A DNA stretch of 64,000 nucleotides. Origin: Mytilus californianus (taxonomy: Eukaryota). The notes beneath the pieces are model-generated. The model was not told the origin of the DNA. It saw only the letters and a list, made by a program, of their open reading frames with translations, and did no database searches. Each line of letters opens with the position of its first letter. The first letter of the stretch is position 1. The stretch covers positions 79,608,001-79,672,000 of the forward strand of contig NW_026262712.1 in NCBI RefSeq assembly GCF_021869535.1. The letters run 5' to 3'. This document shows positions 23,210 through 34,829 of the stretch, piece after piece. The position numbers and the translations under genes are program-made.

Positions 23210-24701
23210 CATTGAAACTAAACATTTTAATATACAAGATTATTTCAAAGGTGAACGCAGTTGTTAATACATACATTGTTAATGTCGATCAAATTTGAAG
23301 AAAAAATATGTATATCAGGTTTAATTAACACACGGCTTTTAAAAGAGAGAAAGACAAAGATACATCCACACTCTAATAGATCTTTAAAATAAGAAATGGC
23401 TATGCGAATTCATCGCTTACCTGACATATATGCGCTTAATAGCTGACACTGAGTAGGAGTAACGTTAACAGCAACAGTTAATTAAAAATAGAAATTAGAA
23501 ATGTTTCGATAAAAAAATTAAACAAAAACATACATTTGATTAAATTTGTTTGTGTTGAAACAGAAAGGTTCAAACCTTTGAACAACGAATTACTCATAGT
23601 AATCCTGATACCAGAATTTATGTTCAACAAGACGATTTTTCATTACCTATTGTCAATTTTACTTTCCTTGAGGATGATGTTCGGTTGGGTCCTTCTAATG
23701 GATTGTAAATGTCTCAACTTTTTGCAGTGCTGTCTTAGATTTCAATAAATTTAATATTTTTATTATTCATAAACTTTTAGAGCACGGATAAATAATCCGT
23801 ATATTAATCATAACTTTATATTTCCATCACAAATTTAGATATTTACTAGTGAAGTAGGATTTTTAGCTGCAGGAACATTTTAACTAGTGGGATTTATTTA
23901 CATCCTCATTTAACGGTTATATTATTAATAAAGCTAACAAGTGTAGGAATTAATGTCATTTTATTATATGCAAATTTCCAACTATTCTGTTGTTTTTCAA
24001 AAACTGTGTCTTATATTTCGGGTGAGAAATTTTGAAGCAATACTAAATGCTTAAATGTACAGAATTTAACATTGAAAGGATAGGAGCTTTGAATTAGTGG
24101 TTTCAATCCTTTAATGAAATGCATGTGAAATTCAAATTTAAGAAATCATACCCATTTGAATAACAATTAGTCACATTTGTTGTTAGTAATCATGTTACAT
24201 TTTTATTTATGTTACAATTATATTTGTTTCATATTACAGCCCTCAAATTGCTACAGCATGGTATTTCAGCCTTCTTTTTGTCATTTAGCATGCATACATA
24301 TTATGTACCATTAAATGATTGTAAAATAAGAAATATTGTGTTTTGTGAATTTCAGGACTTGTAAATATTTTGAGAAAGTCCCCGTACTTTTGCGGGATCG
24401 ACCTCACTTTAGACCAAATGTCTGTCAGTTTTGGGCTATGAAAGTCAAACTTTCTTATACACTTTCGACTTAAGTCAAATTGATTCATAGAATTTGCTTT
24501 TTTCCCATTGAAGGTTATTTATTTTGCTTTAAACCTGTCGATCTTCGTTTCTTTTGTAAATAGCATGTATCGCAACCCGTCATTACTTCAGAGAACAGAA
24601 TCAACTAGCACACACTCTTGTTTACTAAACAGTTATCCAAATTCTTATGATCTAATACGATATATATGGGTTAAGTTAATTCCATATTGCGTGAGAACGA
24701 A

Positions 24702-24791
24702 GTGCTAGTGACCTTATACGATATATATGGGGTCAGTAAATTCTATATGGAATTTACTGACCTCATATGTATCGTATCAGGTCACTAGCAC
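24702..24791. repeat. 90-bp near-perfect palindrome
   Basis: 42-bp arms with 3 mismatches and a 6-nt loop. Confidence 0.9.
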
Positions 24792-26997
24792 ACTGTGTAA
24801 CGAATTTATATTACCGACTATCTTAACATGTGTTATTTATTAGTGGCCTATCAAAGTGATCAAGTCATAAATATTAAGAACCTACTTCCATTGGTCTATA
24901 CAAAACAATGCACCAATAACAACTTGTTAGCTTTAAATGTGTTTAGAATTTATTTCAATCGTTCATTATCAATTTGTTCGTCTGTTGAAACCTTTCAGAT
25001 TATTTCTCAACACCGTGTTGTTTTTACAAAGGGACGTAACACCACTACTAATCGTGTATTGAAAAAAAACCACGCCTACTAACCCCAAATTGAAACATAC
25101 AAGTTCTCAACGCGGTTGTTTTTAACCAATCATATTCCTAGAAATGTATAGGAGGTAAGATAAAGTTGTATTCATATTTTTATAGTGAATTAGTAGATCT
25201 AATATAGTCAATTATATACTAGTACTAGGTATATTGAGAGTGAACACAATACTCTGTCAATAATAGAGTTACGAACTTGAATCAGTATTCCCTTCCTTGC
25301 ATACATTTGATTTAAACAAATCTTGCGAGAAAATATAGATTGCTTTTACGGTCAAGTTTTCTGGTACCTTGTGTCACTTCAGTTCGTTTTGATTTTGAAA
25401 TGTAGTCTTGTGTCAGAGTTATTAAGTACCTCATTGGTTGGAAGGTTGCTGACCACCTTTTTTACCATCTAGCTCTTGCGCTAGACTATAAATGTATATC
25501 GTAATTACAGAATTGTGTGCTTTTCCTGTACTGATTTGTATCTGTTGTACATGTCATTCCATATATCGAGATTAAAAATTGGGATGGATTAAATTGCATA
25601 AAATAAACTAGATTAACGTCGCCTTGTATGCATGTGCCTGTCCAAATTAAGAAACATCGTAAGTAGTTGTTGTATTTCTAAAAGATATGTATGTCATTTG
25701 GAGCATTTAGTGTCGGTGGCAGATTTTAAAGTTTGATAGTTTCTGTTTATTTTCTTTGCAAATATTAAAGACTCGTGACGATTTAAAGCTTCATACACTG
25801 TAAAGACACCTTTCTATTGTTGAAGACTGTGTTATATTCTCACTATATGCGTTTAAATTATTTGTGTAATGGGGTTGCTGTCTCATTCACGTATACCGTA
25901 CATCTTCATTTATGCACAATTCCACTTCATCACATTTTCAAAGACTGATATCAAATATGTTCATTTCTCACATCTGTGCGACCTACAGTCCTAATATTTT
26001 GTTGCAAATATGCATTTAGGGAAGTAAAACAGTCCATCCCCTCACTACCAAACAAAAAAATAAGAGAGTATACATCAACATATTTTTTACACTTCATTTA
26101 TTCATATCTAGTTTTAAATCATCAAATGTCTGTAACACAAAGCGAGTAACATAAAGTGTTGTAACTGAATATAATTTTACTGCCATACAAGTGTTTTGAC
26201 TATTTCCTTCGTTGAGTCACTGTTTCATTGACATCTATCAACGATCTATATAGCACGCGATTATACCCATACCGCATAATAATCTGATAGTAGACTTGGC
26301 ATTACATAATGAGAAACAACCCAAAGGAGAAAACAATTGCCTGATACTTTATGACTGTCCTTTCCTGTGTAAAATGAAAAAGACAAGTGTCTGTTCTAGG
26401 TTAAATTATTAGGATGTAAGAAATACATTTAAATTAGGAAAACATACACTTTACGATGCAGCATGACTAAGTGCCTTTAGATATTATAATGAAAATTAAG
26501 ACGAGTATCGCAACACCGTACATCGTTTGTTTTTTTTTCAACTTCAGAGGTATGGCCAGTTTTCACTGATATTCAGAAACTCCAGGGATTAAAGATAAAA
26601 AAAACAATCCTATAAATCCTAGTGGAATTTTATATCCAAAATGCCAAAAATATACCTCAAATAATGATAATATTTTTGCGAGATCAACTTATGCCACTTG
26701 CATATATATATGTGACTTCATTCTGTACGCTCTCGACCAAAAGTTTTGACACGCAAAACAACTATTGTTTGGGAGATTTTAAGAATAAAAAGAAACAAGT
26801 ATTTTTGTTTAACTTCACTTTTTGCTTTTTACCTAGATAGCAGTGTCTAGATATGCATTATATATCTCCCGGTTGGTATGCGATACTAGAGTCTTGGTTT
26901 CCTATCATGATTTCAGATGTCCCATAATTTTGCTTGACAGTGTGAGCAACTGAGTTTGTATTTGAAAATGTATCTTAAAGGAACACAAATATCATTA

Positions 26998-27447
26998 AAA
27001 AAGAGGGACGAAAGATACCAGAGGGACAGTCAAACTCATAGATCGAAAACAAACTGACAACGCCATGGCCAAAAATAAAAAGACAAACAGACAAATAATA
27101 GTACAGATGACACAACATAATAAACTAAAGACTAAGCAACACGAACCCTACCAAAAACTTGGGGTGATCTCAGGTGCTCCGGAAGGGTAAGCAGATCCTG
27201 CTCCACATGCGGCATCCGTCGTGTTGCTTATGTTATTACAAATCCGGTAAAAAGTCTAATTCGGTAGGTCACATTCGTGAAAAGGGAAGGGTATTGTAGT
27301 TACGACATAAGGAACATATCCGATATCATCTGTGAAACGGTTATTCTATAACGGTCAACCAACTCGTGATGGCGTCCGTAAAATTTACGAAGGGATGATT
27401 TCAACTTCACCATTTGGAACTCTTGGTTTAATAGCTTCCTTGTGAGC
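26998..27447 (-). mobile_element. Penelope-like 3' fragment, young family, inserted after the segmental duplication
   Basis: Encodes LTRKLLNQEFQMVKLKSSLRKFYGRHHELVDRY...QMISDMF* plus 3' UTR. It interrupts ATATCATTAACATTTC, which is contiguous at about 11713-11730, and is highly similar to 49013-49417. Confidence 0.8.
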
Positions 27448-28581
27448 ATCAACATTTCATCCAAATATACTAATGGAGGAAAGGGAAGAGAGGCAATACA
27501 TTCTTCCACAAAATTATCTGATTGTAATAGATAGCTCACACGACAGTGATTCCATGCCGATATGAAAAATATCTACTTCTGGTTTGCCCCCATAAGAAGC
27601 AAAGAAAAATCTGCTGGTACTTTAGAAAAAGATTTCCGTAAACATTGCAGAAGTTTGGAAATTCAAAAGAAACTAAGGTTACAAATCCCTCAGACCTTAG
27701 ATGGATTTGTGTATTTTTAAGTCTTTTTTAGGTTTATATAGCTCTTTAACTGTTTTGTCTCTTATATATCCTTAGCTTTCAAATACTCGGCTTTGAGCGA
27801 AAATTATTGAGTGTTGTTTTAATTTTTTTCATTACAATTATCCCAAAACTAAGATTTTTTATCACATTGTAATTCTTGTGTTTTTCTAATGTTGTCTCAT
27901 GCTCATCAACCCAAAATGCATACATATAATGCATATAACAAAATCTAAATATGGAAACCTATCCACATTTAGGTACTAATGGGTGGTAGAGGGGAAAATA
28001 TCAAAGACCACATCAACCCAAACAGTCAATATTCATTGCCTGACCAAATATAGCCCTTAAATCCACCACTTGGATGTTGAAAGAATGAGGATGTATCACA
28101 TCTACTTCCGCCAAACATATTAACCAATGAGGATTTACCCATTTCCTCAGTGATTGATATCATCTTGCATCCAGTTCAAGTTAAGTTATGGGCATAGAAA
28201 ACTCTGTTGTCCATACAGCATATTTGCAGGCCAATCTCAAATAACACCATTAACAAGGCTTCTCCTTAAGGAAAAGTATTCCCAAAACTCAAAACAAAAA
28301 TACCTTCAACACTTTTATTAAATATTATTCCTTTATTTCTTTACAATGCTGCTAACCATAGCTTGTAAGATACGTGCACACAATTATCGATAATTTTTTA
28401 ATTCAAATTAATCTTCCAATTCAATAAAATCTCATGAATTTGACCACATACAAACTTATCAGGGTAGAGTAAAGGCAATGCATTCGTATCAAAATGAACT
28501 TAATTTGAATCACATCTTTAGCATGTGGAAAGTTGTTGTAAGCAAAGGGGTTTCACTTCCAAGTGTCAACCATGCTCTATA

Positions 28582-31500
28582 ACTCAATATGGAATAGTCA
28601 TTACATAATGATATTTCGATATTACATGATATGGTTTCGTATTGACTTGATATATTTTTGTCATTACTTAATATGGTTCTGTCATTACTCGATATGTTTT
28701 CACCATTATTTGATGTGGTTGTGTCATTAGGCAATGTGGTTTTAACATTAATTGTTGTGTATGTTACATAACGTAATGTAGTTGTTTCATTACATGATGT
28801 GGTTTTGTTATTTCGTAATAATGATTTGTCAATTCTTTATATGGCGTTATTATTACGTACTGATGTTTCAAAATTTGACGATTTTACACTACATAATGTG
28901 TTTGTTTCAGTATTTGATTTTCATGTCATTCTTTGTTGTGGTTATCCCATTACTACTACGAGGTAAAACCACATGACCATTTTGGAAAAAATATGTTCTA
29001 TTTTTAGACCGATTTCCATATGTCGTTTGTGTAATGCGCTTTGGATGAGTACCGCTATTCATTAAGTTAAAGTTCAAATTAAAGTTCAAGTTGTTGTTCA
29101 TAGTTTTTTGGTATGAAGAAGGGGAACGACAGACAAAATTAAGAAAAAAAGTACTAAAACATTTACAGTAATTCGGACATCAGGGGGATATCCCAAAACC
29201 ACTTGCCGGTTTTTCCTTAGTTTTCAAATGAAAGCAGTATTATAATAAATTCGTAAATGATTCCAAGGAACACTGCTTTATCTTGGTCCTGAAGAATAAC
29301 TCCTATACAAGTTTTATAACAATTCATTGAGGTTTACAAATTTATCATGTCAAAACAGTTTAATTCGATAATATTCAATGCCAAAAAAAACCTTACATAG
29401 AAATAAAAAAAAATGTGGTATGATTGCCAACGTAGAAGTTAACATATATGTGTGACTGTATGGTCTTTAAGAATGAGCAAAATTCATACCACATAGTGAG
29501 TTTAAAAAGGTCTCGAAATGAAAAATATAAAAACAGTTCAAACTAGAAACCTAACAACCTAAATGATGAAGACGCCGACGATACTACCGACGACGGCATA
29601 TAGGTTTGTTGTATCTCACTGTCGAATGTAAACTACCAAAAAAAAAACCAAATCACTGGGTTTGTACTTTCAAAGCACCCAAGATCACGCTGATGGATTT
29701 ATGTTACCCAGTCATACTGATCTATTTAGTTGAGCCAATAAAAACTGTCTTTACATTTTCTTCTTATGCTGTTCTATGATACATTGGGTTAGGATAGGTA
29801 TTAGCGCTTACATACATGTTAAACTCCGCCGCGTGCACTTTCTTTAAATGCCTGTCCCAAGTCAGGAACCTGTAGTTCAATGGTTGTCGTTGTTTCATGT
29901 GTGTCATGTTTGTATTTTTACGCACGTCAAAATTTTGACGAGACGTATTATGGTATACAAATGTCGTCTGTCCGTCTGTCTGTCTGTCTGTCCAGCGTAA
30001 ACATGTCGCACCGTAACTTGAGAACGACTTATCCAAATTTCATGAAACTTAACATAGTGATTTCTAATGATGGTCAAACGATCTGTATACCTTTTGGTGA
30101 AAATAAGATTAAAACGTTTTGAGTTACGGGACGTAGTAACTAAAACAGGTGTGTGTATTTTTTTCACATGTCGCGTGGTATCCCAAAAACAATTGTGATT
30201 ATTGCTTTAAACTTTACACACTTCTTAGTTATATTAATCTTAAGATCTGTATACTTTTTGGTGATGATTCAAAATTTTATTTTTGAGTTATTGAGTATTT
30301 TGTAAAAAAAAAGGGGGAGGGGTTTTTCACATGTCGCGTCATATCTCAAAAACGATTTATGATTATTGCTTAAAATTTTATACACTTCTTAGTTATATTA
30401 ATCTAAAGATCTGTATACTTTTTGGTTTTGATTCCAAATGTTATTTTAGAGATATTGATATTTTGTTTTATTTTTTAACTTGAAGGGGGGTTTTCACATG
30501 TCGCGCCGTATCTCAAAAACGATTTATGATTATTGCTTAAAATTTTACACACTTCTTAGTTATATTAATCTTAAGATCTGTATACTTTTTGTTTTTGATT
30601 CAAAATTTTATTTTAGAGGTATTGATTTTTTTTTAAAAAGGGGGAGGAGGGGGAGGGGGGGGTTCGCATGTCGCGCCGTATGTCAGAAACTATTTATGAT
30701 TATTGAAAAAAAAATCACACACAAGACGACGGGCGTATCATGCGCTCATGGGGCAGCTGTTTATTCGTAGATTGTTTAGCTATAAACTAGACCATTAGTT
30801 TTCTCGTTTGAATTGTTTGACATTTTCATGTGGTGGTCTTTTGTAGCCGACTATACGGTGTGTTGAAGACTGTACGGTTGCCTATGATTGTTTGCATCCA
30901 CTGCATTTAAACTATGGTGGATAATTTTCTCAAATGCTGTAAAATTGTTTATCTTTTGTACGCATACCTACCCTGAACACTCTTTTCGGAAAACTCCAAG
31001 CAAAAGCCCTTGATCCACGATAAAAAAAATAGAACTCATATTAGATAACTTGAATTTCAACTCTTAATCTTAATCTAAATGAGACTCAAATAAGGATTTA
31101 CCTCGAACTCTACGCCAAAAGGTGGCTCAAATTTAAAGTTGAAGTGCAATTTTAATTCGGAACTCTATCTTTAAATGTGACTCAAACTCGAAGTTAAACT
31201 GGAAATTTGGTATGTGGTTGAGAGTTGTCTCATTGGCAATCATACCACATTTCTTTACTTCTATATAAGGTTTTTTTAATGCATTAAATATTACCGAATT
31301 AAACAGTTTTGACATGATAAATTTGTAAACCTCCATGAATTGTTATAAAACTTGTATAGGAGTTATTCTTCAAGATCAAGATAAAAGCATCTACAGAAAA
31401 ACATGTTTTCCTCCGTTAAGTGTACCGGTTAATGTACAGTCAGTCAACATTTAATTTACGCTTTTACACTGACAGCAGAATTATCCAGCGAGACATAGGG

Positions 31501-32207
31501 TTAATAAGAATCTTTACTTTATTTATTAATTTACAGCTTCCATTTGAGAACTAAGGAAAAAACGGCAGGACCAAATGGTTTGGGATATGTCCGAATTACT
31601 ATTAATTTTTTAGTACTTTTTTTCTTATTTTTGTCTGTCGTTCCTTTTTTTCATACAAAATAACTCTGAACAACAACTTTAACTTTAATTTGAACTTTAA
31701 CTTAATGAATAGCGGTACTCATCCTAAGTGCATTACACAAACGACATATGGAAATCGGTCTAAAAATAGAACATATTTTTTCCAAAATGGTCATGTGGTT
31801 TTACCTCGTAGTAGTAATGGGATAACTACATCAAAGAATGACATGACCACATCAAATACTGAAACAAACACATCATGTAGTGTAAAATCGTCAAATTTTG
31901 AAACATCATTACGAAATGTTAAAGCCCTATAAAGAATTGGCAAATCATCATCACGAATAAACAAAACCACATCATGTAATGAAACAACTACATTACGTCA
32001 AGTCACATACACATCAAGTAATGTTAAAACCGCATTGCCTAATGACACAACCACATTAAATAATGGTGAAACCACATCGAGTAATGGTGAAACAACATCG
32101 AGTAATGGCAAAACCATATTAAGTAATGACAAAACTATATCAAGTCAATACGAAACCATATCATGTAATATCGGATATAATTAAGTAATGACTTTTCCAT
32201 ATTGAGT
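28582..32207. repeat. Long inverted repeat, arms about 28582-29430 and 31235-32207, each with a 21-bp-period minisatellite
   Basis: ORF 28907-29101(-) and ORF 31690-31932(+) share the nearly identical string MNSGTHPKxITQTTYGNRSKNRTYFFQNGHVVLPRSSNGITT; the nucleotide match extends across the arms. Confidence 0.9.
29915..30762 (+). mobile_element. Helentron-associated non-autonomous element (HINE / pearl / DTC84-like)
   Basis: 5' subTIR TACGCACGTC with adjacent hairpin, GTCY microsatellite (GTCTGTCCGTCTGTCTGTC), about 167-bp internal tandem repeats (starts near 30161, 30325, 30492, 30663), 3' subTIR GACGGGCGTA and stem-loop TGCGCTCATGGGCA, T-rich flanks. Confidence 0.8.
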
Positions 32208-33275
32208 CATATCAAAACATCATTATGTAATGTCAAAATCATATTATGTAAAGACAAAGTATCATCAAGTAATAACAGAACAACATAACGTAATATCAGA
32301 GTTCCATATGAGACAGCTGTGGCGTTCCATAATTAGGTATATCCAACTTCAACTAATGTCTATTGACATGTCTTGCTAACTCCTCAAAAACATCTGCCTT
32401 CTCATGGTTCACTCTTCTGGAACACTTAGCAAGTTCTTTTAAATTAAGTAATATCAGAGATTCATATGGGTCATGTTGTATGCATAGCGTTTTCACCTTT
32501 TCTTTCAATTATTTCACTTACTCAATATTAGTAGTCTTTTCTAAAAAGGTATTGGATGTTCAAGGCTGTCACTATCAGCTGACCTTTTTTTGTTATTATT
32601 ATTATCAGCTGTACTACAGGTGGCAGAACTCGTACTAGGAGGCTACAAAATAACCACATAAATATCAATGCATATACATGCATGTATAAACCATATTACA
32701 TACATCATATGCAATCATAGTAAAATATACAATCAACCATTTTAAAACTACTAAACTAATTACTAACAGTAACTATATCAATAAACCATTTATTCAATCA
32801 CATGTATACATTGATTACACTACACAATTCAGTTATTTGATTATTATTTCCATGGAACACATTGTACCTTAAATACATGTACAAAAAGAAGTTTTGACTG
32901 GATCAACCTAGGTCCAATTTGACTAGTTTGTGCATAATAAACTCCTTAATGACAATGTAACATAAATCAAATAGAGTCCAATATAAGTATTAAGTCTTAA
33001 ACAACTTTTCGAAATTTCATTGTTTGACCTTGAACCTTATTATGAAATCGATAGGCTTCAATACTTTTAGAATTCAAAGAAACTAAAGTACAATTGAGAC
33101 CCATCAAACCTTTAAAACGTCTACATTGAACTAACAGACAGACAGACAATATATATTCATTGAAATCAGAAAAAAATTAAAACCAAATACCATGCATGTT
33201 AGCATATGATCTTGATTAAGAACGGTTAGGGTTATATCCATATTTACTCCAAATCAGGTTTTATTTATATTTCAT

Positions 33276-33685
33276 CAGGTTGGGGACAACCCATCAAATG
33301 GGGAGCTATTCCCCAAGTGAGTAACAATACCTAATTTGAGTAATCATTTGGTAGTGCTAAAAAACAAAATTTTCTTAACTCAGTCTTTTTACTTAAAATG
33401 GCACATATTCATGAAAACTACAGAAAATTTTCCAGTAGATGAATACCCCTATCTTGATTTACTGAGAAGTTACAAGCCTATGAAAACTTCGAAAAATTGA
33501 CTATTTTCAAGGCTACAAACTTTTTAAAAACCCATAATAAAAATATAGTTTTTTGTTGTGCTATTTTAAGTAAAAAGGCCAATTTTAAGAAAATTTAGTT
33601 TTTAGCACTATCAAATGATTACTCAAATGAGGGATTGTTACTCATTTGGGGAATAGTTCCCCATTTTTGGGTTGTCCCCAACCTG
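33276..33685. mobile_element. Foldback MITE, CAGG...CCTG termini, 5-bp TSD TTCAT
   Basis: About 130-bp TIRs (CAGGTTGGGGACAACCC...); TTCAT at 33271-33275 and 33686-33690. Confidence 0.85.
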
Positions 33686-34263
33686 TTCATGAAATTAAAA
33701 CATTACTTAAACTTGTACTAACAAGATTCTAATCAGAAATATCCTGTCCATTAGATTGATCGAACTCATTGTCATGAATTATCATGCAATGTCAAGAGCA
33801 TCTTGCGTCTCCTTCCTTAATCTGCTTGTCAGCTAATTCCAAAATTTCTGCTAGAGTTTCAACCGTCAATTCCCTTACACTCTTCACAATATCCTCCATG
33901 TTCATTTCATTGCTTTTCAAGTCTTTTTGTACCCTCGCATATTCCTTTGGCGATTTTGGTTGTCCCGATTTTATTTTTTTTAATCAATTGTATCCGTTTC
34001 ATACATTTTAGTGAATGTCGTTTCTTCAAAACTGTAGGTAACAACATCTGAAAACAAAAACATTCGATTAAATTCTATATATACAATCAAACAGACCGCT
34101 GAACGCGGACCTCGACGAAGACACCTTTTAATTCAATACACATCACTTCTCCGGCCAACAAAATGTAATTCCACACTAAATTCTTTCACTTTCTTAATCT
34201 TAGTAGTCTTTTCTAACAAAGTCTTGAGAAAAGCATTTTCTGCATTAGTATCTACGATATTAA

Positions 34264-34829
34264 GGTTCATCATAACCTTTTGGATAATATGGCCGTATTT
34301 ACAACACAAATTTTACTCTGAGTACAGACAAACCTGTGCACCTGGAAAAGTTTTAAGGCATGACAGGAACTAGATAATTTAATTTTAAATGCATTTTTAT
34401 GTTTCAGAAAATTATAAAGTTTTCTGGATTTTGCTATTATTTTTTTTTTCATTCCTGCAGAAGGTGCCAAAATAAACTAAGTTGGGAAAAAGGTTTGAGA
34501 AGCTCCCCTCATATAATACATGTTGTGAGTAGTATTGATTGAAATGGACAATAGAAGGACAATACACATCTGCAAACTGTGTAACGGAGTGTACCGTATC
34601 AAATGAAACTCATGTGTTTGTTTATTTTGCTCTTCTCTGCAGACTGGAAAAAAATGCACATCAAAATCCAGGTAAGTTTTTAATTTTCTGAAACATAGAC
34701 TACATATAACTTTTATATATCTAGGTCCTGCCATGCCTTAAAACTTTCCTAGGTATATCAGTTGTCTGTACTCATAGTAGATTTTGTGATGTAAACACGG
34801 CCATATTTTTCAATTCCTAATGATGAACC
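34264..34829. mobile_element. MITE with about 165-bp TIRs, GG...CC termini and TTAA TSD (Kolobok-type)
   Basis: TTAA at 34260-34263 and 34830-34833; arms 34264-34432 and 34663-34829 are reverse complements. Confidence 0.8.

Noticed and set aside
28582-28900. 21-bp periodic repeats as a CRISPR array, or the Thr/Ser/Asn-rich ORFs (28510-28734, 31690-31932) as antifreeze or mucin-like genes
   Set aside because: Degenerate contiguous minisatellite with no unique spacers and no cas genes; the ORFs are short by-products of the repeat period.
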